From: a virus
Lineage: Duplodnaviria > Caudoviricetes
Virus record (IMG/VR): IMGVR_UViG_3300029288_000057
Coordinates: 226,887 to 290,886 of that record
DNA length: 64,000 nt
Strand: one strand, 5' to 3'
Every line of letters starts with the position of its first letter. The stretch's first letter is position 1. A program made the position numbers and the translations under genes. Below the pieces are notes generated by a model. That model was not told the DNA's origin. It saw nothing but the letters and a program-made list of their open reading frames with translations, and made no database searches. Shown piece after piece: positions 1-9,788 of this stretch.

Positions 1-1
1 A

Positions 2-1312
2 TTTGTTAACACATATACAGCTCAAACTCTTTATTCATCGAATGATAGAATAGAAATGGTCTCGGTACCATTTAGTTCTAACGGAAGCTTAACATACAAA
101 TATAGAACGACTAATTCAACAATTCAAATTAATGAAGTAATAGAAGTTTCTCAACTCGGAAGTCAATTATTTACAACCATAAAAAGTGCTGTTGATTTTT
201 GTAATTCTTATGCAAATTCAGCGAAAAGAATAAAAGTAAATCCAGGTAATTACCCAATAACTCAAACTGTTGAAATTAATTGTGCATACCCTATTACAAT
301 TGAGGGATTTGGGACTGAAACCACGTTATTATATGCAACATCAGCTCTTAGTGGCACTCCAATGTTTGATATTAAAACAAACTGTGATTTTTCAAACCTT
401 TCACTTTCAGGCACAACTGGATATGGATTAGTTGATGATGAGTGTTGTTTAGATTGTTCAACTTCTGGTTTATATTTTGAAATACATCAACTAGTAATTG
501 ATGGCTTCTTTAAAGGAGTGGAGTTAGAAGGCAATTCGGAAGTTTGGGTTTTTGATAGCATAATAAAAAATTGTGTAAACGGTTTATGGTGCGTAGGAGC
601 GAAAATGGGAGCTTCAGAATTAACTTTAACAAATAATACTAACGGAGTTTATCTGTCTGCATCAACCACAGCGGATACTTTCTCAATTCAAAACACAATA
701 TTTAACGTTCTTTCTGGAGAAACAGGTATTCAATATAAAGATAATATAATAAAACCAACATACCATTTTGCCACAGGAAATGCATTTTATGGACAGGGAA
801 CTTATATAAGTGGTCTTACATTTAATACATCAGCACAATCTGATATAAGATATGAAAACAATGCTGGATTATCTGATTATAAACCATTATATTCAATGTG
901 GATTACAGGAAGTACATCTGCTGTAACTTGTACAAATCAAAATCAATACTATAAGGCTACTTTTACAGAGGCTAATATTGCAGGGTCAGAATATATTAAA
1001 TTTTCTGGTAACACTGTAAATAAAGTGACTTATTTGCCCCAAATTTCAAGAAGAGTACGAATGTTTTTATCAGGAGATTTATCTTGTGGAACAAATACAA
1101 AAACAATATCAATATCAATTTTTAAAAACGGAAACATAAAGCTTCAAGATATTGATGTTATTTGTGCAGCAAATGGTCAGCCTTATCCATTTTCTCTTGT
1201 TGGTGAAACCACAGTAAATCCTAATGATTACTTTGAAGTATTTGTTGCGAATTTAACAGATGGTGGAAGAGCTGTAACAGTAAGAACAATGATGTTTTTA
1301 ATAACCACATAA
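2..1312 (+). CDS. Tailspike/fibre-like beta-helix protein, 5'-truncated by the window edge
   Basis: The frame is open from nt 2 (FVNTYTAQ...). It has the FTTIKSAV...IKVNPGNY motif typical of right-handed beta-helix starts and a beta-rich C-terminal domain. Confidence 0.6.
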   Translation, partial: FVNTYTAQTLYSSNDRIEMVSVPFSSNGSLTYKYRTTNSTIQINEVIEVSQLGSQLFTTIKSAVDFCNSYANSAKRIKVNPGNYPITQTVEINCAYPITIEGFGTETTLLYATSALSGTPMFDIKTNCDFSNLSLSGTTGYGLVDDECCLDCSTSGLYFEIHQLVIDGFFKGVELEGNSEVWVFDSIIKNCVNGLWCVGAKMGASELTLTNNTNGVYLSASTTADTFSIQNTIFNVLSGETGIQYKDNIIKPTYHFATGNAFYGQGTYISGLTFNTSAQSDIRYENNAGLSDYKPLYSMWITGSTSAVTCTNQNQYYKATFTEANIAGSEYIKFSGNTVNKVTYLPQISRRVRMFLSGDLSCGTNTKTISISIFKNGNIKLQDIDVICAANGQPYPFSLVGETTVNPNDYFEVFVANLTDGGRAVTVRTMMFLITT

Positions 1313-1348
1313 ACAATTTTTTGTAACATATTTATAATAAAATAAAAA

Positions 1349-1624
1349 ATGGCACTATACAATCAAAATTACGAAGCAAAATTACTAAATGCAGGGGATA
1401 CATTTACTGGAAGTACTACAACTGCGACAACTATACATCAGGTTTTTTGTTTGTCTGGTGGAAACATCAGTATTACTGCATTGGGAGGTGGTTCATTTAC
1501 ATGGTCAGCCACTACAAGCCAAAGCTTAGATGTTTTAGTCGGATATTGCAAAGCAAATTCTGGGCAGTTTGTTGGTTTTAAATCTCAATATACAGGAAAA
1601 CAGATTCCATATTATAAATATTAA
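1349..1624 (+). CDS. Small putative virion protein
   Basis: 91-aa Thr/Gly/Ser-rich ORF with TATTTATA at 1329, at the head of the neck operon. Confidence 0.55.
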   Translation: MALYNQNYEAKLLNAGDTFTGSTTTATTIHQVFCLSGGNISITALGGGSFTWSATTSQSLDVLVGYCKANSGQFVGFKSQYTGKQIPYYKY

Positions 1625-1635
1625 AATAATTAGTT

Positions 1636-2850
1636 ATGTCATTTTGTACAGATAGATGTCTTTCTGGAATGTCGGACGACGACAAATCTGCTCTTATCGA
1701 TAGAATAAGATACAAGATTGGTGCGCCCGTAATGAACGTGGAGTTAATAGACCGCCAAATAGAAGAGTGTATCTGTGAATCAATAGAAGAATATTCCACA
1801 TACATAAACAATTGGGTTCTTACAAATAGGCTTGGGGAAATCTTAGGATTGCCCTCAGATATGGATTTTACTCTTAAATATGTTTCTAACAGTTTATATT
1901 TTGAGAAAAGTTTTGGCAAATCCATTGCCGAACAAGCTGGATTGGGAACTGATGGAACAAGAGAATTAAAAACAACATCAATTACCTTAACTGCTGGAAC
2001 TCAAAATTATATTATTCCAGCTGGGCGTGAAATTAACGATGTTCTTTGGTTTACCCCCTCGTTTATAAACCTTTTTGGGTTGGACCCGTTTGCAAATACA
2101 AACATAGCATTTTCTGAATTCGGGGCATCATTCGCTGGTCACACACTATATCATGTAATGCCCGTTTTTGACACCATTATGACGGCTCAGGCTGCTGAAT
2201 TAAGAAATAGAGTAAGAGGGTCTGAATATTCATATATTATCCGTCCAGGAGCTTCAGGAACAAAAGTTCTTACGCTTTACCCTATTCCAAATCCGAACAG
2301 TGGAGTTGGAGGAGCAGGTGGGGCAGGAACAAACGCAGGGGGAATTGGCGGAGGCGCTGGCACCCCAGGAACTGTGTTTTATTGCTATTATGATAGAACA
2401 AGTAATTATGGAAATCCAGATTTTTCTGGAAACACAGCAAATCCTGGATGGACAGGGTTTACAAGTGCTGAAACTGCCAATGGATATCAAGGTAATGGAT
2501 TGGTTTCTACCCCCGCCGACGCAAGACTTAATTATATATCTTACATGCAACTTAATTCTAATGCACAAACATGGGTAAAAAAATACGCTCAAGCACTAGC
2601 AAAAGAATTATTGGGAATAGGAATAAGAGGAAAATTTAACGGAGTTCTCCCTATTCCTGATGCAGAATTAAATCTCAATAAAGACGATTTAATTTCAACT
2701 GCCAGAGAAGATAAAAAAGATTTAAAAGAAGAATTAAGGTTAACATTAGAAGAATTGAGTTACACAAAAATTATGGAAAACAGAGCCTCAATACAAGAAA
2801 ATGTAAACAAAGCATTGAGCTTCGGACCCATGGGTTTATATTTATGGTAA
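1636..2850 (+). CDS. Neck/head-tail adaptor, T4 gp13-like
   Basis: N-terminal KIGAPVMNVEL..QIEECI; C-terminal WVKKYAQALAKELLG..RGKF.G..IP...LN motif; upstream of gp14/gp15-like genes. Confidence 0.8.
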   Translation: MSFCTDRCLSGMSDDDKSALIDRIRYKIGAPVMNVELIDRQIEECICESIEEYSTYINNWVLTNRLGEILGLPSDMDFTLKYVSNSLYFEKSFGKSIAEQAGLGTDGTRELKTTSITLTAGTQNYIIPAGREINDVLWFTPSFINLFGLDPFANTNIAFSEFGASFAGHTLYHVMPVFDTIMTAQAAELRNRVRGSEYSYIIRPGASGTKVLTLYPIPNPNSGVGGAGGAGTNAGGIGGGAGTPGTVFYCYYDRTSNYGNPDFSGNTANPGWTGFTSAETANGYQGNGLVSTPADARLNYISYMQLNSNAQTWVKKYAQALAKELLGIGIRGKFNGVLPIPDAELNLNKDDLISTAREDKKDLKEELRLTLEELSYTKIMENRASIQENVNKALSFGPMGLYLW

Positions 2851-2856
2851 AAGAAC

Positions 2857-3423
2857 ATGGCTGATTTAAGGGAAATAGGAAAACAACAAGAAGATGTTAA
2901 TAAACTTCTCAATGATACCAAAGGATTAAAAACATTCTTTTCTGACAAAGAAGCTGCGTTTTTTACTGAGGCTGGTAGAGAAATGACTGAACAGATTCTG
3001 CAAACTAGTTTTTTATTATTCAAAATCGACCTCCAAAAAACAAAAGTACACCCATTATACGGCGAAGCAAAAATAAAACATTATTTAACTCCAGTAGAAA
3101 TATTCGCAAGAATAAACGTTGAAGTGACAGAGCCCACATATCAAACCAAGGGGGGACTTGTAAAGAAAGGATTCGGCGTTTTAACAGCCCACATTTATAT
3201 AGAACAATTAAGAGAATTGGACTTAATTCAAAGAGATGATGGAAATATCATTATAACAAAGATAAAAATGGGCGAATACATAAATTATAAAGGTCAATAT
3301 TACGAAATCACGGATGATGGCCACTCACAAATAAACAACCAGCACTCATGGGCTGGAGATAGAAGATTCTACATTACTATCAAGGGCAAGGAAGTTGATG
3401 AAGACATTATGAAGGGAAGGTAA
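2857..3423 (+). CDS. Neck/head-closure protein, T4 gp14-like
   Basis: HPLYGEA motif, G.YI.Y.GQYYEI beta motif, and synteny between gp13- and gp15-like genes. Confidence 0.65.
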   Translation: MADLREIGKQQEDVNKLLNDTKGLKTFFSDKEAAFFTEAGREMTEQILQTSFLLFKIDLQKTKVHPLYGEAKIKHYLTPVEIFARINVEVTEPTYQTKGGLVKKGFGVLTAHIYIEQLRELDLIQRDDGNIIITKIKMGEYINYKGQYYEITDDGHSQINNQHSWAGDRRFYITIKGKEVDEDIMKGR

Positions 3424-3439
3424 AATTGCCCGTACTAAT

Positions 3440-3772
3440 ACAAGTTACTTTTATTTATATAAGTAACTAAGAGATATATTCTTAGATTGAGCCCTTTTTC
3501 GAAGCAGAGTTCCCCCTACCCAAATAAAAAAATTTACTTGGATTTGGAAACTCTGCGTTGGTGGAATAAACTTAAATACATTCTTGAGTATCGCCCCCCC
3601 TTGCAACCAATCTAATCACTTACATTGATTGGCTTGGAACACTATCGGTTGTAAGTAAACCGCCTACCTGGTTTGTTCCTTTTGTTCTCCAGTGTCCAAT
3701 TTGTTCCCTTGATGGACTATAAAATACAGGTCAGGTGTTTTTAGCCGTCTACCTATAAGTTTTAAAGATTTC
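3440..3772 (-). ncRNA. Putative structured non-coding transcript or replication origin
   Basis: About 430-bp gene-free gap with several inverted repeats and a correctly spaced Bacteroidota promoter pointing into it on the minus strand. Confidence 0.4.
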
Positions 3773-3776
3773 AGAG

Positions 3777-3807
3777 CAAATATATAAAAAAAAAGTGAAT
3801 AGTCAAA
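3777..3807 (-). promoter_or_regulatory. Bacteroidota sigmaA-type promoter (TTTG-N19-TATATTTG)
   Basis: Plus strand shows CAAATATA at 3777-3784 and CAAA at 3804-3807. Confidence 0.6.
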
Positions 3808-3860
3808 AAAAATTAATTTTACAAAGCAATTTATTTTTTCACTATTTATGAAAAAACCCA

Positions 3861-4571
3861 ATGACTGCTTTACGAAACATAGGAAAAAATCTTGATAAAC
3901 AGTTTGAAAATTTTAATTATCTTCCACAAAAACTTGAGATAGAAGATATGGGAATGGCATTAAAATTATTCATTGAGAGTCAAAATTTAAGTTTAATAAT
4001 GGAGAATGGTCAATCGAGAAGGGTTCCTGTAATTTATATTGCGCAAGAATTGTGGGCGGAACGAAAAATAAATTGGAAAGAAATGAGGTCTGAGAATGGC
4101 GAAGAAACCGCAAGGCCTTATATAGCAATGGTTAGGACGGCTGTGAAAAAAGGAACTGCGCCAATTAAGAACACTATTCCGAATAAAAAAAGATTTACTT
4201 TTGTAAAAGTTCCTACTTTTGACGGGACTTTGAAGGGTTATGATTTATATAAAATTCCACAACCAGCATATGTTGATGTTGAGTTTGATATTAAGTTTAT
4301 CGCACATTATATGGAAGATGTGGATGATTTCCTTGAAATGATGTTAAATCAAGCATATTCTAATGGTCAGGGATATTTGACTGTTAATGGATATCCACTC
4401 GCATCAAAGATAGGTGAGCCAATTGACGAATCGAATGTAGATGATATAAATGCTGAGAGAATTTATCAGTATTCTATACCTACTACAATACTTGGTAAAA
4501 TAGTTGACCCCACTAAATTTGAGAAAGTGAATACAATAAAGAAAATTTCTATTAAAATTTCTGAAATTTAA
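3861..4571 (+). CDS. Tail terminator/sheath stabiliser, T4 gp15-like
   Basis: VPVIY...E.W and P.PAYVDVEFDI motifs; lies directly before the sheath gene. Confidence 0.7.
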   Translation: MTALRNIGKNLDKQFENFNYLPQKLEIEDMGMALKLFIESQNLSLIMENGQSRRVPVIYIAQELWAERKINWKEMRSENGEETARPYIAMVRTAVKKGTAPIKNTIPNKKRFTFVKVPTFDGTLKGYDLYKIPQPAYVDVEFDIKFIAHYMEDVDDFLEMMLNQAYSNGQGYLTVNGYPLASKIGEPIDESNVDDINAERIYQYSIPTTILGKIVDPTKFEKVNTIKKISIKISEI

Positions 4572-4630
4572 AATGATTTACTCTTTTTTTATCTATTTAT
4601 AAAAAATAAATTTAGTAAAACAATTAAAAT

Positions 4631-7039
4631 ATGGCAACAATATTCGTATCACCAGGAGTTTATACAAGAGAGCAAGACTTTACTGTATTCGCTTCAAGAA
4701 TTGGTATAACCAGACTTGGTTTGGTTGGAAAAACTGAAAAAGGCCCCGCATTTGAAGCAATCAAAGTGGCTAGTGCAGATGAATATCTATTAAGATTTGG
4801 TGGAACAAGTCCAGATTATCCTTTAAGTTATGTGGCTAATTCATTTTTAGCACAAGCTAATGATTTAACAATTTCCAGAGTGTTAGGAGCAGGCGGTTTT
4901 ACAAGCTCTCCAGCTTGGATTATTGCAGCAAGTGCTTCTACCGCAAATGGTATTTATTCTGGAGCGACCTTGGCAATCTTGAAGAGTAAACAAGATAGTA
5001 GCGGTACTAAATATTTTGACCAATCAACTGATGTTATAATTGGTACTATTGGAATGACAAATGCTTTAAGTGATTTTGTTCTCAGTGGTACAACTGGTCC
5101 TTTAACTGCTTATACAAATGGTCTTACAGTATCTTTGGATGAAACAAAAGATAATTATTTAGTTAAAGTTTTTGGAAAGAATCCTCAAGTAATAACTGAT
5201 ACGATTAATCTTTATGTTGAAGAAATTTATCCTCATTTTGTTAGAGAAGCAGTGTCAAGGTCAATTATGACAGGAACTCTTGAAAGTTCTCTTACATATA
5301 GGCAAGATACCGCATATACAGACTATGGTGCTGATTACGCTCATTCAATAACACCTTGGATTGTTTCAAGAGTTGTCGGTGGGGAAGTTAATAGGCTTTT
5401 TAAATTTCATACAATTTCTGATGGAGATGCATCTGCAAGAGAAATAAAAATTTCTATCGCAAACTTAGATGTTATCAATTATACTTTTGATGTTATCATA
5501 AGGAGATTTGAGGACACTGATGCAACCGCTTCAAGTACCGCTTTGGAGAAATTCTCAACCGTTACTTTAGATGAAACTGCTTCTAATTTTATTGGAAAAG
5601 TTATTGGAACGTGGGATGAAGAATATCCATCTAAATCAATGTTTGTTACAGTTGAATTGGCTTCAAGATATCCATCAACTTCTATTCCTGCTGGTTTCGA
5701 AGGATATTATTTAAGAGGTACCTCTTCAACTTCTGCTGCAACTCCTAACATTTTCTATAAAACAACTTATTTATCAGGAGATTCAACTTTTAAAACCTAT
5801 CTTGGAATTTCTGAATTGGGTTATACAGGTTTAACTTCAAGTGTAATTTCTGTTAGAAATTCTGTACAGTCCATTGAATCTGATTTGTTTGTTTATCATG
5901 GCGCTTGTTCAACTAGTGCTTTAACACAAATAAAAGGTTTCCACATGGAAAATACCGCAGATGCAAGATATTATGTTTCTGGAGAAAAATCTACTTTAAC
6001 TGCTTATACTGTTTCTAGTGGTTCTACAATAATAGATAAGGCTAAGCTTAAATTTACCGTTGTTCCTTGTGGTGGATTCGATGGATTTAATAAATATAAA
6101 ACGTTTACTTATCCTTACGAAGAGTTTATTGAAACTCAAAGTAGCAATTATACGAAATATAAAGAAGCTGTTGATGTGTTTGCAAATCCTGAAGAAGTAG
6201 ATATTAATTTATTGGCAACTCCTGGTATTGACTATCAAAACAACACTGGATTGGTTAAATATGCTTTAGATACAATAGAAGATAGGGCAGATATTCTTTA
6301 TGTTATAGATTCACCAAGACTTGCTACGGTTGCTGGAGATGGAACCATCGAAAGAGGAACTCCTGAAGAAGCGGTTACCGCTCTTGAGTCTACTGGAATT
6401 GATTCTAACTACGCTGCTACTTATTGGCCATGGATTCAAATTGAAGACACAATCTCAGGAAAATATACCTATCAGGCTCCAACGTTGTTAATAGTTAAAA
6501 CTTTAGCTTTGACAGATAATGTTGCTGCACCTTGGTTTGCTCCTGCTGGTTTAAATAGGGCTACCGCTGGAACAAGCGTTAAGAGAACAGACCTTAAGCT
6601 TACAAGAGAACAAAGAGATACATTGTATGGAGGTAGAATTAATCCTATCGCAAGCTTTGTTCAACAAGGTATTGTAATTTGGGGACAAAAAACTCTTCAG
6701 GTTAGACAATCTGCTCTCGACAGAATTAATATCAGAAGACTTTTGTTACAAGTTAGAAGATTAATTTCTGCTGCATCACTTACTTTGTTGTTCGAACAAA
6801 ACGACCAAACATTAAGAGACCAGTTCTTGGCAAAAGTTGAGCCTATATTATTACAAATCCAGAACCAGCGTGGCTTAACAGCCTTTAAGGTTATAATGGA
6901 TGATAGTAACAATACTTCTGAGACAATTGATAGGAATATGTTAATTGGTAAAATTCAGATTAAACCAACAAGAACTGCAGAATTCATTGACTTAGAGTTT
7001 CAAGTCCTTCCCTCTGGCGCAAATTTCGAGGATTTTTAA
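4631..7039 (+). CDS. Contractile tail sheath protein (gp18-like)
   Basis: SPGVYTRE N-terminus, YAATYWPW, PWFAPAGLNR, RINPI, WGQKTLQ...SALDRINIRRLL and I.PTRTAEFI. Confidence 0.95.
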   Translation: MATIFVSPGVYTREQDFTVFASRIGITRLGLVGKTEKGPAFEAIKVASADEYLLRFGGTSPDYPLSYVANSFLAQANDLTISRVLGAGGFTSSPAWIIAASASTANGIYSGATLAILKSKQDSSGTKYFDQSTDVIIGTIGMTNALSDFVLSGTTGPLTAYTNGLTVSLDETKDNYLVKVFGKNPQVITDTINLYVEEIYPHFVREAVSRSIMTGTLESSLTYRQDTAYTDYGADYAHSITPWIVSRVVGGEVNRLFKFHTISDGDASAREIKISIANLDVINYTFDVIIRRFEDTDATASSTALEKFSTVTLDETASNFIGKVIGTWDEEYPSKSMFVTVELASRYPSTSIPAGFEGYYLRGTSSTSAATPNIFYKTTYLSGDSTFKTYLGISELGYTGLTSSVISVRNSVQSIESDLFVYHGACSTSALTQIKGFHMENTADARYYVSGEKSTLTAYTVSSGSTIIDKAKLKFTVVPCGGFDGFNKYKTFTYPYEEFIETQSSNYTKYKEAVDVFANPEEVDINLLATPGIDYQNNTGLVKYALDTIEDRADILYVIDSPRLATVAGDGTIERGTPEEAVTALESTGIDSNYAATYWPWIQIEDTISGKYTYQAPTLLIVKTLALTDNVAAPWFAPAGLNRATAGTSVKRTDLKLTREQRDTLYGGRINPIASFVQQGIVIWGQKTLQVRQSALDRINIRRLLLQVRRLISAASLTLLFEQNDQTLRDQFLAKVEPILLQIQNQRGLTAFKVIMDDSNNTSETIDRNMLIGKIQIKPTRTAEFIDLEFQVLPSGANFEDF

Positions 7040-7062
7040 AATTAACTGACAGTCAAGTAGTT

Positions 7063-7093
7063 AAAAGGGAGAAAATAAAATTTCTCCCTTTTT
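7063..7093 (+). terminator. Intrinsic terminator after the sheath gene
   Basis: AAAAGGGAGAAA-loop-TTTCTCCCTTTT followed by a T-run. Confidence 0.8.
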
Positions 7094-7171
7094 GTTTTAT
7101 ATTTGATAATTTTTTAAAAAATTTATATATTTATATCAAAGAAGACTCCTGTAAATTAAATTTGAAACATC

Positions 7172-8227
7172 ATGAAAACAAATTGTTTGTTTTGTGGAAT
7201 TGAAAATCCAAAACACGGAATGAAAACCTGCTCTAGAAGATGTGCAGATGAATTAAAAAAAATCAATAGTCGAGAAAAACGAATTTGCTTATTGTGTGGA
7301 AAAGAATTTGAAGTTAGAAAAAAAGATACAAGAAGAATTTGTTCTGAAGAATGTAGAAAAAAATGGGCTGAATTGCCAGAAAATATTGAAAATAGAATAC
7401 AATCTTCTAAAGCGGCTGTTAAAGAAAAATTTGGTGTAGATAATGTTTTTCAATTAGAAAATATAAAAGAAAAGTCAAAAAAAACTAAAGAAGATAAATA
7501 TGGTAATGAGAATTATAATAATCCAGGAAAAATGTTAGTTACTAAAATTAATAAATATGGGAAAGATTGCTATGAACAATTTTCAAAGAAGGCAAAACAA
7601 ACTACATTTAATAAACTTGGAGTTGAACATCATTTACAATTGCCTGAATTCTTAAATAAACAAAAGGCAACAAATTTAAAGCGTCATGGAGTAGAGAACA
7701 TTTCCCAACTTCAAGAAATAAAAGATAAAGTAAAGGCCACCACAAACGAGCATTATGGAGTAGACAATGCATCACAAAGTGGAGAAATTAAAGAAAAGAA
7801 AAAACAAACGTCAATAGATAATTTTGGAGTTTCCCATCATTTAAAAGATTATGGAATGCTTCAGAAACACTTCAAAGCTCAGTATAAAGTTTTACAATAT
7901 AAATCTACTGAGCTTTATTATCAGGGTACCTATGAGTTTCATTTCCTGGAAAAATTAGAAGAAAAAGGGTTGCTAAATGAAGTTTCGAATGGTAAAAGCT
8001 ATAATTATACTTATGATGGTGAGGAACACGTATATCATACAGATTTCTTTTTTAGAGAAGAAAATATAGAGATAAAATCTGGTTGGACTTATAATAAGAA
8101 TGGAAAAGACAAAAAGTTAGAAGAAATTAATAAAACCAAATGGAAGTCTGTAATTGAATTTGGTGATAAGATAAAGATTTTATTTTCAAAACAAGAAATA
8201 GAACTGTTTGTGGAGGGAATCATTTAA
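7172..8227 (+). CDS. Putative free-standing homing endonuclease (Zn fingers, KYGV.N repeats, C-terminal PD-(D/E)XK)
   Basis: CxxC/CS..C pairs, repeated K(F/Y)GV(D/E)N units, and YQGTYE...Y.TDF...IEIKSGW; paralogous to 59230-60330. Confidence 0.7.
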   Translation: MKTNCLFCGIENPKHGMKTCSRRCADELKKINSREKRICLLCGKEFEVRKKDTRRICSEECRKKWAELPENIENRIQSSKAAVKEKFGVDNVFQLENIKEKSKKTKEDKYGNENYNNPGKMLVTKINKYGKDCYEQFSKKAKQTTFNKLGVEHHLQLPEFLNKQKATNLKRHGVENISQLQEIKDKVKATTNEHYGVDNASQSGEIKEKKKQTSIDNFGVSHHLKDYGMLQKHFKAQYKVLQYKSTELYYQGTYEFHFLEKLEEKGLLNEVSNGKSYNYTYDGEEHVYHTDFFFREENIEIKSGWTYNKNGKDKKLEEINKTKWKSVIEFGDKIKILFSKQEIELFVEGII

Positions 8228-8430
8228 ATCGATTTTAAGCCGCTTTCCCTTCTTTTTAACACAATTCTACTTCCAACACAACTTTGTCGATTACGGCGCT
8301 TCCTATTGCATTGCGAGACGAAATAAACCATCAATCATTATCGTAAATATTCCCAAACAAAATTTTACAAATAGTGAAACTTTAATTATTTTAGAACTAT
8401 TTATTTAAATACACGCATTTTTTCTTCGAG

Positions 8431-8931
8431 ATGGGACAATACATAAAGCCAATAAGCACTAGTTATTTAAATTTAAGTGGTGGTACCGTTACTGGCAATA
8501 CTGTTTTTACACAAGGACTTTCGGCTACAACATTAAATGGAAATGTAATTACTTCGGGAGGAACAGATTTGTATAGCATATTTGCACTTTCTGGAAGTTC
8601 TAGTGGTGGAGGCAGTGGTTACCCAATACAACCTGGATTAAACACTTATACTGGTGGGACATATAGTTCACAAACGATAAACGTTTCCGCTGTCACACTG
8701 GATAGCTTAAGTGTAAGTGGAACAACTTCTTTAGGTTCTGTTTCTGCGACGACTTATTATGGAGACGGTAGTCGATTAAGTGGAATTTCTACTGATAATT
8801 TTTACACAACTGGTGCCACACTATATGCACAAAAGATTTATTTTGATAGAAATGACACTTTAAGCGCATATACTTTAGATTTGACTTCTTTAGTTTTCAG
8901 CGGCGATGTGATAGATGGGGGCTCATTTTAA
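8431..8931 (+). CDS. Short tail-fibre-like protein
   Basis: YLNLSGGTVTG, SATTYYGDGS.L and terminal IDGGSF; shares a roughly 65-aa module with the 10441 and 15602 proteins. Confidence 0.7.
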   Translation: MGQYIKPISTSYLNLSGGTVTGNTVFTQGLSATTLNGNVITSGGTDLYSIFALSGSSSGGGSGYPIQPGLNTYTGGTYSSQTINVSAVTLDSLSVSGTTSLGSVSATTYYGDGSRLSGISTDNFYTTGATLYAQKIYFDRNDTLSAYTLDLTSLVFSGDVIDGGSF

Positions 8932-8934
8932 AAG

Positions 8935-8962
8935 AAAAGCCCCAAATTTCTTTGAGGCTTTT
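8935..8962. terminator. Bidirectional terminator between convergent genes
   Basis: AAAAGCCCCAAA-TTTC-TTTGAGGCTTTT. Confidence 0.7.
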
Positions 8963-8981
8963 AATTGTGTTTTTATAAAAT

Positions 8982-9338
8982 TTAAAATGGGTCAAGGTCT
9001 TTTAGTATTTCTATTTTAATTCCTCCCTGTGTTGGAATTGAAAGCCTTTGCCCAGTAGAATATCTTAGTTCAAATTCTCCATAATAAATTCCTTCAGTGT
9101 CAGTATCTCCGTCTTGCCAAGTATATTGGATTGTGCCTCCTGAAGAACATACAATTTGAGCGGCTTGGTCATAAACTTTAGCATTTGAGCAATCATCAAT
9201 CATAGTAAAAGTAACTCCAGAAACTCCAGTGAGGTCATATCCAGCTTTTTGTCCCAAACTTCCTTGGGATGCAATGCTTACCTGTAGTGCTGGCAATGTA
9301 TCATTTCTTTTTATTCTAAATACTTGTGTAGTGCTCAT
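8982..9338 (-). CDS. BppU-like Ig-fold baseplate/fibre adaptor
   Basis: F.IKRNDTLP.L...G.I.Y.W..GDTD..G.Y.GEFE...P pattern. Confidence 0.65.
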   Translation of the reverse strand: MSTTQVFRIKRNDTLPALQVSIASQGSLGQKAGYDLTGVSGVTFTMIDDCSNAKVYDQAAQIVCSSGGTIQYTWQDGDTDTEGIYYGEFELRYSTGQRLSIPTQGGIKIEILKDLDPF

Positions 9339-9339
9339 T

Positions 9340-9726
9340 TTATAAAATTATAACTTCTATTATTTGACTATCAATTTTACATTCTATTTCTTGTTCGTTT
9401 ATTTCAGCTGAAATGTTTCCTGCATATATATTTATTGGATTTAATTTAAATGATGTGGTTAATGTTTTTAAATTTGTACTTGGCAAATATCCAACCGTCC
9501 ACTTTAAATCATAAGCATTTTCGTATGAATAATAAATGGGATTTAAGTCAACAAAATAAATCCCATCAGATTCTTTATTTATTGTAGAAACAGATTCAAC
9601 AACGGTTGATGTATCTTTTATATATACAATTGCACTTATTGATGTTGGATTAATTAGACTATATGAATCTCCAGCTCTGCTGCCATTTATTTTATAAAAT
9701 CTCCTATATAGTCTAATTACAGCCAT
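9340..9726 (-). CDS. Putative Ig-like virion adaptor protein
   Basis: Beta-rich ORF (ESDGIYFVDL...Y.LKW.V), co-oriented with the tube and BppU-like genes. Confidence 0.55.
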   Translation of the reverse strand: MAVIRLYRRFYKINGSRAGDSYSLINPTSISAIVYIKDTSTVVESVSTINKESDGIYFVDLNPIYYSYENAYDLKWTVGYLPSTNLKTLTTSFKLNPINIYAGNISAEINEQEIECKIDSQIIEVIIL

Positions 9727-9742
9727 GATGATAAGGTTTTTG

Positions 9743-9769
9743 AATCTTGAACATCAGATGTTCAAGATT
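9743..9769. repeat. Perfect 13-bp inverted repeat with a 1-nt centre
   Basis: AATCTTGAACATC-A-GATGTTCAAGATT. Confidence 0.9.
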
Positions 9770-9788
9770 TTATTAAACAAATAGAAAA

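Noticed and set aside
3664-3861. 65-aa minus-strand ORF in the non-coding gap
   Set aside because: It starts upstream of, and runs through, the predicted promoter, with low-complexity T-run-derived sequence.
8208-8408. 66-aa plus ORF and a 35-aa minus ORF after the endonuclease
   Set aside because: No recognisable motif or good start context; possibly decayed sequence, and I cannot support a call.
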